From contig DASRYM010000044.1 of NCBI GenBank assembly GCA_035687145.1, positions 31,821 through 95,820 of the forward strand: DNA of 64,000 nucleotides, read 5' to 3'. The notes beneath the pieces are model-generated. The model searched no databases. It saw only the letters and a list, made by a program, of their open reading frames with translations, and was not told the DNA's origin. Below, piece after piece: positions 39,788 to 48,444 of this stretch. The stretch's first letter is position 1. Every line of letters starts with the position of its first letter. The translations under genes were made by a program, and so were the position numbers. The DNA is from Candidatus Zixiibacteriota bacterium. GTDB taxonomy: Bacteria > Chloroflexota > Limnocylindria > QHBO01.

Positions 39788-39862
39788 GGCGGAGTAGCTC
39801 AGTGGTAGAGCAGGGGACTCATAAGCCCTTGGTCGGTGGTTCGAATCCGCCCTCCGCTACCA
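39788..39862 (+). tRNA. tRNA with CAU anticodon (elongator type; tRNA-Met or lysidine-dependent tRNA-Ile2), CCA encoded
   Basis: A manual cloverleaf fits: acceptor GGCGGAG/CTCCGCT (G1-U72), D arm GCTC-AGTGGTA-GAGC, anticodon arm GGGGA-CTCATAA-GCCCT, variable loop TGGTC, T arm GGTGG-TTCGAAT-CCGCC, then ACCA. Confidence 0.9.
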
Positions 39863-39936
39863 CTTCCCTTGACCTCCTTTCCTCCGCGCTGGCGCGCGGC
39901 GCCGACCGCCTCCCCATCCCGGACGGCAGCGCGCTG

Positions 39937-40827
39937 GTGCTGGCCATCTCCGGCGGGCCCGACAGCACCGCCCTCCTGCACGCCGCCGCCCGCCTGGCAC
40001 CGATCCGCGGCTGGCGCCTGGTGGTCGCGCACCTGGACCATGGGCTGCGGCCCGAGTCCGCCGAGGAGGCCACCTGGGTCGCCGAGCGGGCTCGCGAGCT
40101 CGGGCTCCCCTTCGCGTCAGAACGGGCCGATGTCGCCGCGCTGGCGCGCGCCGAGGGCCGATCGCTGGAGGATGCCGGCCGCCGGGCGCGCTACCGCTTC
40201 CTGGAGGAGGTCGCCGCGCGGCACGACGCGCTGATCGCCACCGCCCACACCGCCGATGACGCCGCCGAGACGATCCTGCTGCGCCTGGTGCGCGGCACCG
40301 GCCTGCGCGGCCTGCGCGGCATCCCGGAGCGGCGGGGCCGCATCGTGCGGCCGCTGCTCGGCGAGCGACGGGCCACGTTGCGCGCGGCGCTGGACTCGGC
40401 CGGCATCGCCTACCTCAGCGACCCGACCAACGAGGATCCGACCGCGGCGGACCGCAACCGGATCCGCGCCGAGCTGCTGCCCGCGCTCGAACGCCTCAAC
40501 CCGGCGGCCGTTGAGGTGATCGCCCGCTTCGGGCGCCTGGCCGCGGAGGACGACGACCTCCTGGAGACGCTGGCCGCCGCCGAGCTGGAGCGGCGCCGCG
40601 ACCCGGGCGACGGCTCCCTGGACTGGCACGATCCGCCGGACCGGGCCCTCGGGCGGCGCGTCCTGCGTCGGTTCGTCGGGGCTCCCGCGCCCTCGGCGGA
40701 GCGGATCGAGGCGCTCCTCGACGCGGCGGAGGGGCCGCGAGGCGGACTGACCATCGAGCTGGGTGGCGGCCGGGAGGCATCGGTCCGGGAACGGCGCATC
40801 CGGCTGGAAGGCCGCACAGCGTCGTGA
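39937..40827 (+). CDS. tilS: tRNA(Ile)-lysidine synthase
   Basis: The PP-loop is LAISGGPDS, followed by HLDHGLR and TAHTADDAAETILLRL blocks. The ORF-track frame runs back into the tRNA. The only canonical start after the tRNA is GTG 39937; CTG 39889 is an alternative. Confidence 0.85.
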   Translation: MLAISGGPDSTALLHAAARLAPIRGWRLVVAHLDHGLRPESAEEATWVAERARELGLPFASERADVAALARAEGRSLEDAGRRARYRFLEEVAARHDALIATAHTADDAAETILLRLVRGTGLRGLRGIPERRGRIVRPLLGERRATLRAALDSAGIAYLSDPTNEDPTAADRNRIRAELLPALERLNPAAVEVIARFGRLAAEDDDLLETLAAAELERRRDPGDGSLDWHDPPDRALGRRVLRRFVGAPAPSAERIEALLDAAEGPRGGLTIELGGGREASVRERRIRLEGRTAS

Positions 40828-41049
40828 TGCACACCAGGCCGGCGTTGCGCGACGCGGGAGGTCGTCGGAGCGCCGGATCTCACACCTGGCGTGCATTGAG
40901 GCCTTTGACGCACCCCAACTCGACGTGACGGCCACCTGGCGTGAATGGGTGCCGGTCGCGCCGACCGTAACGCCCGAACGAATGGGTGGCATCGGTCCTG
41001 CATTCGCCGGTGAGCCGTATGGCCCGTACGGATGGGACCGAAGGGCCGA

Positions 41050-41079
41050 TTGGTGGTCGGTCGGCTGCCCACCTATACT
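41050..41079 (+). promoter_or_regulatory. candidate sigma-70-type promoter for ftsH (TTGGTG-N18-TATACT)
   Basis: The AT-rich hexamer TATACT stands out in GC-rich DNA about 90 nt upstream of the ftsH start. This is a pattern match only. Confidence 0.25.
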
Positions 41080-41170
41080 TGCCCGACCTGCGGGTCGCGC
41101 AGGTGGTGGCCGGTCAGGATCTCAACGCGGACCGGTTCACCGCTCACACGGAGGCTAGAAGAGACCAACC

Positions 41171-43153
<1,983 letters not shown>

Positions 43154-44186
43154 CTTTAGTTCTCAATCAGGTTGTTGACGGGTGAGGGCCCGTATCCTCC
43201 GGCTGCTGGTTAGGTAGCCACAGTGGAGGAGGGGCCCTCGTGTCTCATGCTAATGCGCGGCTCACGCCGCGTGGTCGGCTGATCCTGGTCGAGCGCATCG
43301 CCGGCGGCTGGCCGGTGAGCCGAGCGGCGGCGGCAGCGGGCATCAGTCGCCAGACCGGTTCGAAATGGTGGAATCGCTATCGCCGCGAGGGAAGCGCGGG
43401 GCTGGTCGATCGCCGCAGCCGCGTCCAGCGCCAGGCACGCGCGCTCGATGCCACCGTCGTCGACGAGCTGTGCCGGCTGCGACGTCAGCTGCGGGTCGGG
43501 CCGCACCGCCTGGCCTGGCAGACCGGCCTGAGCCGCTCGACGATCTACGCCATCCTGCGCCGCCGGCGCCTCAGCCGCCTCGACCGCCTCGAGCCGCGGC
43601 CGCCGGTTGTCCGCTACGAGCGTGCTGCGCCGGGCGAGCTGGTCCACCTCGACACCAAGGGCCTGGGACGCATCGGCCGCGGCGGCGGGCACCGGGTGCT
43701 GGGCCGCGGCGAGCGGCATCGCCACCGCGGCATCGGCTGGAACCGGGTCCACGTGGCGATCGACGACCATAGCCGCCTGGCCTACGTCGAGGAGCTGGCC
43801 GACGAGAGCCCGGCCACGACCGCCGCCTTCCTGGAGCGGGCGGTGGCCTTCTACGCCGGCCACGGCATCACCGTCGAGCGCGTCCTCAGCGACAACGGCG
43901 GCTGCTACCGCTCCAAGCTGTTCGCGGCCGCCGCCGAACGGCTGGGCGTGGCGCTGCGCAGGACCCGCCCCTACCGGCCCCAGACCAACGGCAAGGCCGA
44001 GCGCTTCATCCGCACCCTGCTGAGCGAGTGGGCCTACGCTCAGCCGTTCCACGACACCGTCGCCCGCGCAACGGCCCTGCCGAGCTTCGTGGACTTCTAC
44101 AATCGCTCGAGACCGCACTGGTCACTCGGAGGCCAGCCGCCGATGAGCCGCGTCCCGACCGTCAACAACCTGATGGGGAAGAACAA
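43154..44186 (+). mobile_element. IS481-family insertion sequence flanked by CTAG
   Basis: The terminal inverted repeats share a perfect 16-nt core, ATCAGGTTGTTGACGG (left 43166-43181; right, reverse-complemented, 44159-44174). CTAG lies at both flanks (43150-43153 and 44187-44190). There is a single DDE transposase ORF. Confidence 0.8.
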
Positions 44187-44190
44187 CTAG
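43240..44190 (+). CDS. IS481-family DDE transposase
   Basis: An N-terminal HTH (ISRQTGSKWWNRY) is followed by the rve-type core with HLDTK, SDNG and TNGKAERF. The stop codon lies in the flanking CTAG. Confidence 0.9.
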   Translation: MSHANARLTPRGRLILVERIAGGWPVSRAAAAAGISRQTGSKWWNRYRREGSAGLVDRRSRVQRQARALDATVVDELCRLRRQLRVGPHRLAWQTGLSRSTIYAILRRRRLSRLDRLEPRPPVVRYERAAPGELVHLDTKGLGRIGRGGGHRVLGRGERHRHRGIGWNRVHVAIDDHSRLAYVEELADESPATTAAFLERAVAFYAGHGITVERVLSDNGGCYRSKLFAAAAERLGVALRRTRPYRPQTNGKAERFIRTLLSEWAYAQPFHDTVARATALPSFVDFYNRSRPHWSLGGQPPMSRVPTVNNLMGKNN

Positions 44191-45137
44191 GCCGCCTCCA
44201 GCATCGGCTTCACCTCGCCGACCAGGCGCTCCATCGACTCGGCGTCGTAGGGCGCCGGGAAGCCGCAGATGAAGTGCCGGAAGCCGATGCCCAGGTACGG
44301 GCGCATCTTCTCGGCCACCTGTTCCGGGGTGCCGACCAGCTGGTTCGTCCACGGCCGGGCCCGGCCGTTGAGCTCGAAGGTGGCCTCGAAGACCCGCTGC
44401 GCCTCGGCCGGGTCGTCGCGGATGATGGTGACACCCATCCCCACCGTGCGCTCGATCTCGGATTCGTCGCGCCCGACCTCCTCGCAGTGGCGGCGCAGGA
44501 CCTCGTCCTTGCGCTTCACGTTCTCCAAGCCGCCGCCCACGTTGCAGGCGTCCGCGTAGCGGGCCACGATCCGCAGCGTCCGTCGCTCGCCGCCGCCGCC
44601 GACCAGCAGCGGGAGGTGCTCCTGTACCGGCGGCGGGTCGTTACGCACCTGGTTGACCGCGTAGTACCGGTCGCCCGACGGCTGCTCGCCGTGGAGCATG
44701 CCGCGCATGATGCGGACCGCCTCCTCCAGCCAGCGCAGCCGCTCGCCGGGCGAGCCGCCGAACTCCAGGCCGAAGGCGCGGTGCTCGGTCTCGAACCACG
44801 CCCCGCCGATGCCCAGGATGGCGCGCCCGCCGCTGATGTGGTCCAGGCTGGTGGCCATCTTCGCGACCAGGGCCGGATTGCGGAACGTGTTGGCGCCCAC
44901 CATGAGACCGATGCGGACCTGCGCCGTCGCCTCGGCCCAGGCGGCCAGCGTGAGCCAGCCCTCGAACATCGGTCCCTCGTGGGAGCCCACGATGGGATAC
45001 AGGTGGTCCCAGGTCCACAGCGTGTCATAGCCAAGGGCATCGGCGCGGACGCCGGCGTCATGGAGCTGCTGCCAGGTGGCGTACTGGTTCCAGCACAGCG
45101 CCCCGAGCCGGATGCCCCCGGCGCGGGCGTCAGTCAT
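44187..45137 (-). CDS. LLM-class (luciferase-like) F420-dependent oxidoreductase
   Basis: Motifs are DHL...G-P-FEGWT, LGIGGAW and similar LLM blocks. The start overlaps the stop of the upstream PPOX gene. Confidence 0.85.
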   Translation of the reverse strand: MTDARAGGIRLGALCWNQYATWQQLHDAGVRADALGYDTLWTWDHLYPIVGSHEGPMFEGWLTLAAWAEATAQVRIGLMVGANTFRNPALVAKMATSLDHISGGRAILGIGGAWFETEHRAFGLEFGGSPGERLRWLEEAVRIMRGMLHGEQPSGDRYYAVNQVRNDPPPVQEHLPLLVGGGGERRTLRIVARYADACNVGGGLENVKRKDEVLRRHCEEVGRDESEIERTVGMGVTIIRDDPAEAQRVFEATFELNGRARPWTNQLVGTPEQVAEKMRPYLGIGFRHFICGFPAPYDAESMERLVGEVKPMLEAA

Positions 45138-45558
45138 GCCGGATGACGCGCTCCACGCGCATCCTGATCGTCACGCGCGACTGGCCGTTGAAGCGCTCTG
45201 GATCCGAGCCATAGCGGCGCGCCAGGGCCTTGATGTCGGCCAGCGCCCGCTCCGGGTCCTCGTCCAGCTCGACGCGCCCCTGCAGGGCGACCCACTCCAG
45301 CTCGTCCTCGAACAGCAGGCTGACGCGCGGCTCGCGCTTGAGCCATCGGTACTTCGCTCGGTCGGTCTTGGTGTTCATCAGGATGGTGTCCGGCCGATCC
45401 GGGTCGAAGTCGAACCACATCACCGATTGGGTGGGGGCCCCGCTGGCATCCACCACGGCCAGGACCGGGTAGCGCAGCCTGGCCGTCATCCACTGGCGAA
45501 GGTCATCGGTCAGGACGTTTCCGACGTCCAGCTCCGGGTCATGCACCTTGGTCGTCAT
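45130..45558 (-). CDS. pyridoxamine 5'-phosphate oxidase-family (PPOX-class, probably F420-dependent) protein
   Basis: The size (142 aa) and the pattern LAVVDASGAPTQSVMWF...ILMNT...KYRWL..PRVSLL fit the split-barrel PPOX family. Confidence 0.75.
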   Translation of the reverse strand: MTTKVHDPELDVGNVLTDDLRQWMTARLRYPVLAVVDASGAPTQSVMWFDFDPDRPDTILMNTKTDRAKYRWLKREPRVSLLFEDELEWVALQGRVELDEDPERALADIKALARRYGSDPERFNGQSRVTIRMRVERVIRHD

Positions 45559-45610
45559 GCCTGCATCGTACCGGGCCGCGGCGGTGGGCACCCGCCCGGC
45601 GGAATTCAAG

Positions 45611-46105
45611 GCGTTTGGGACGGCCTTCGGCCCGGCCGCATACGGGGGGTGACTGGAACGGCCACGATGAGCCCCGGATAGTCGCCCGGCGTATGGACCG
45701 GCCAGGCTGGGGGCCCTGAGGGTGGCCGTTCCAGTCAGGGGCTGCATATCCGGCCCTCTGCGTGTCCGATACAGTCGTGAGCTGCATTTCGGGCCCGCTG
45801 CGTGGCCGATAGATTCGTGGGGCGTATGCGCCACGGTGTCGGGGGGTCACACGGGCCTTGGCGGACCGCGTAGTCATGGGGCGTTTGGGACGGCCACCTT
45901 CGGGCCCCCCCATACGGGGGGCGACTGCAACGGCCACGGTGAGCCCCGGATAGTCGCCCGGGGTATGGACCGGCCAGGCTGGGGGCCCTGAGGGTGGCCG
46001 TTCCAGTCAGGGGCTGCATATCTGGGCCGCTGCGTGGTAGATACAGCCGTGGGCCGCATATCGGGCCACCTGCGTGGCCGTTCCAGTCGTGGGCCATATG
46101 CGCCG
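45611..46105. repeat. composite intergenic repeat: two ~225-nt direct copies (270-nt offset), each with three 40-nt sub-repeats and one inverted 15-mer
   Basis: The 15-mer GTGGCCGTTCCAGTC is exact at 45722, 45994 and 46074. Degenerate heads lie at 45762, 45802 and 46034, giving an exact 40-nt period. The inverted 15-mer lies at 45651-45665 and 45923-45937 (one mismatch), each 56 nt upstream of the first direct copy. Confidence 0.85.
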
Positions 46106-46137
46106 CCGAGCCGCGGGGCATCGGTACACTCCTCGGC

Positions 46138-46983
46138 GTGCGCATCGGCTTCAAGCTGTCGCAGACCATCGCCGACCTCTCGCTGCTGCTGGAGACGTGG
46201 GACGCCGGCGAGGAGCTGGAGGTCTTCGACTCGGGCTGGATCTTCGACCACTTCGTGGCCCTGGGAGGCGAGCCCGGCCCCAGCCACGAGGCGCTGACCC
46301 TGGCCGGGGCGCTGGCGGTCCGCAGCCGGCGGCTGCAGCTCGGCCACCTGGTGCTGGGCAACACCTACCGCCACCCGGCGGTGGTCGCCAACGCCGCGGC
46401 CACCCTCGACCATCTCGCCCCGGGCCGCTTCGTCCTGGGGCTGGGGGCCGGCTGGCACGAGGGCGAGCACGCCATGTACGGCATCCCGCTGCCACCCATC
46501 GGGGAGCGGATCAGCATGCTCGAGTCGGCGGTGCGGGTCATCAAGGCGCTCTTCGCGCACCCCGGTGGCGTGTCCCTGGACGCGCCGCCCTACCGCCTGA
46601 CCGATGCCGTCCTGGATCCGCCGCCGGCGACGCCCGGCGGGCCGCCGCTGTGGCTCGGCACGCAGGGGCTGCGCCGTGGGCTGCGGATCGTGGCCCGCCA
46701 CGCCGACGGCTGGAACTCCACCGGCGACCCGGCGGCCTTGGTCGAGAAGCGCGACGCGCTGCTGCGCCACTGCGAGGCGGTGGGCCGCGACCCGTCCGAG
46801 ATCGAGATCAGCGCCCAGACCAACGTGCGGGACGGCCACGCCGCCGCGCTGGAGCGGGCCGCCGCCCTGGTCGAGGCGGGCGTCCGGCACATGGTGCTGA
46901 TCATGCCCGTCCAGCAGGGCCCCGACGGGCTGCAACGCCTGGCTCGCGAGGTGGCGGAGCCGCTCCGCGAGCGCTTCGGCTAG
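46138..46983 (+). CDS. LLM-class F420-dependent oxidoreductase
   Basis: GTG start, giving VRIGFKL.... The LLM blocks include GRFVLGLGAGW. Only the C-terminal 281 aa of the ORF-track entry are outside the repeat. Confidence 0.85.
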   Translation: MRIGFKLSQTIADLSLLLETWDAGEELEVFDSGWIFDHFVALGGEPGPSHEALTLAGALAVRSRRLQLGHLVLGNTYRHPAVVANAAATLDHLAPGRFVLGLGAGWHEGEHAMYGIPLPPIGERISMLESAVRVIKALFAHPGGVSLDAPPYRLTDAVLDPPPATPGGPPLWLGTQGLRRGLRIVARHADGWNSTGDPAALVEKRDALLRHCEAVGRDPSEIEISAQTNVRDGHAAALERAAALVEAGVRHMVLIMPVQQGPDGLQRLAREVAEPLRERFG

Positions 46984-46993
46984 GAGGGAAGCC

Positions 46994-48130
46994 GTGAGCG
47001 GCGGACCCACGGCTTTCGTGCTGTCCATCGGCAGCGAGCTGCTGATGGGCGAGACGGTCGACACCAACGCCGCCTTCCTGGGCGGCGAGCTCCGCGGCCT
47101 AGGAATCCTGCTTCGCGAGGTGCGCCAGCTGCCCGACGACCGGGACGTCGTCGCCAGGGCCTTCCTCCACGCGGCGCAGGAGGCGGAGGTGGTGCTGGCC
47201 ACCGGCGGCCTGGGCCCGACCCACGACGACCTCACCCGTGAAGCCCTGGCCGACGCCCTTGGCGAGGACCTGGTGCTGGACCCGGAGCTTGAGCGCCAGC
47301 TGCGCCGGCGGTTCGCCGCCTCCGGGCCGATGCCGGAGTCCAACCTCAAGCAGGCGATGCGGGTGCCATCGGCCCAGATCCTGGCCAACCCCATCGGTTC
47401 CGCGCCGGGCTGGTGGGTGGAGCGCCCGACCGGGGTCGTGGTGCTGATGCCCGGCGTGCCCTCCGAGATGCGGCTGATGTGGGCCGAGCAGGTCGCTCCG
47501 CGGCTGCGGCAGCGGCACGCGGCACCGCCGCTGGCGGTGCGCACGGTGAAGACGTTCGGCATCGGCGAGTCGGCGGTGGCCGAGGCGGTCGGCGACCTGC
47601 TGGTCGCTCCCGGCGACGGCGTGGAGGCCGGGATCTATGCCCGCGACGACGGGGTCCACCTGCGCTTCTCCACCCGCGGCGACGCCACGCGGTTGGGCGA
47701 GCCGGCACGGCGCGCGCGGGAGGCGCTGAGCGAATTCGTGTGGGGGACCGATGGCGACGACCTGGCCTCGGTGGCGCTCTCCGCCCTGTCGTCGGCCGGG
47801 GCCGCCACGGTCGCCTCCTGGGAGGCCGATACCGGTGGTGCCCTGCTGGCCGTCCTGGCCGGTGTTCCGGCCGGTCGGGATGGGGTGGCGCGCTACCTGG
47901 GTGGCGTGCTCGACGTCGATGGCGCCCCGCCCGCGCCGGTGGCCGATGCCGTCATCCAGCTCTCGCTGCTGCCGGAGGACGCCAACGGGCGCAGCCCGCT
48001 ACGGGTGGCGGTCAGCGGGCTCGTCACCCTGCCGATGGAGGAGCTGCGGATCCACGGCTCCGGGCCGCAGCGCCTGCGTCGCGCGGCCTTCGCCGCGCTG
48101 AACCACATCCGCGTCAGGCTGCGTCAGTAG
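46994..48130 (+). CDS. CinA-like competence/damage-inducible protein (MoCF-biosynthesis domain)
   Basis: Motifs are SIGSELLMGETVDTNA and TGGLGPTHDDLT. The C-terminal half is divergent from the PncC deamidase domain. Confidence 0.75.
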   Translation: MSGGPTAFVLSIGSELLMGETVDTNAAFLGGELRGLGILLREVRQLPDDRDVVARAFLHAAQEAEVVLATGGLGPTHDDLTREALADALGEDLVLDPELERQLRRRFAASGPMPESNLKQAMRVPSAQILANPIGSAPGWWVERPTGVVVLMPGVPSEMRLMWAEQVAPRLRQRHAAPPLAVRTVKTFGIGESAVAEAVGDLLVAPGDGVEAGIYARDDGVHLRFSTRGDATRLGEPARRAREALSEFVWGTDGDDLASVALSALSSAGAATVASWEADTGGALLAVLAGVPAGRDGVARYLGGVLDVDGAPPAPVADAVIQLSLLPEDANGRSPLRVAVSGLVTLPMEELRIHGSGPQRLRRAAFAALNHIRVRLRQ

Positions 48131-48372
48131 ACCGGCGGCGGGATCTCGGGGGTCGGCTCGAACGACGGCACGTCGGGCTGGACGGGAGGCTGGGACGGCG
48201 AGGCCTCGCGGGTTGGCGGGAATGGCGCGTCGCCGGGTGCCGTCTGCGACGGGGCCGCCTGGCTCTGGCCGGGAGAGGACTCGTCAGCGGGAATCTGCTG
48301 CAGGAAGCGATCGCAGCCCGCCAGGGCGAGGGCCAGGATCGCGGTCAGCAGCACACGCGTCAGGATGTGCAT
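48124..48372 (-). CDS. small Pro/Ser-rich lipoprotein
   Basis: The signal peptide carries the lipobox LALAGC. Confidence 0.6.
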   Translation of the reverse strand: MHILTRVLLTAILALALAGCDRFLQQIPADESSPGQSQAAPSQTAPGDAPFPPTREASPSQPPVQPDVPSFEPTPEIPPPVY

Positions 48373-48393
48373 GACCCCAGTGTGGCTGCAAGC

Positions 48394-48425
48394 GTGAGGC
48401 CCGCCGGCGGACCGGCGGGCCTCAC
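48394..48425 (-). terminator. GC-rich hairpin downstream of the M6 protease gene
   Basis: GTGAGGCCCGCCGG-cgga-CCGGCGGGCCTCAC forms a perfect 14-bp stem 20 nt after the stop. Confidence 0.45.
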
Positions 48426-48444
48426 TGCTGCGGTCAGGGCAGCA

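Noticed and set aside
39788-39862. Initiator tRNA-fMet.
   Set aside because: It has a paired 1-72 position (G-U) and a C11-G24 pair, and it lacks the three consecutive G-C pairs at 29-31/39-41.
40828-41170. Degraded hpt gene between tilS and ftsH.
   Set aside because: None of the frames shows PRTase-like sequence such as the acidic-hydrophobic PRPP loop.
45559-46137. Possible CRISPR array.
   Set aside because: The 40-nt units are contiguous and degenerate, with no unique spacers between conserved repeats. An inverted copy is present. No cas genes are in the window.
45722-46364. Small ORFs starting MAVPVRGCISGPL… and MAHDWNGH… inside the repeat region.
   Set aside because: They exist in duplicate only because the DNA is duplicated. 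They are read on both strands, lack ribosome-binding sites, and have no family resemblance.
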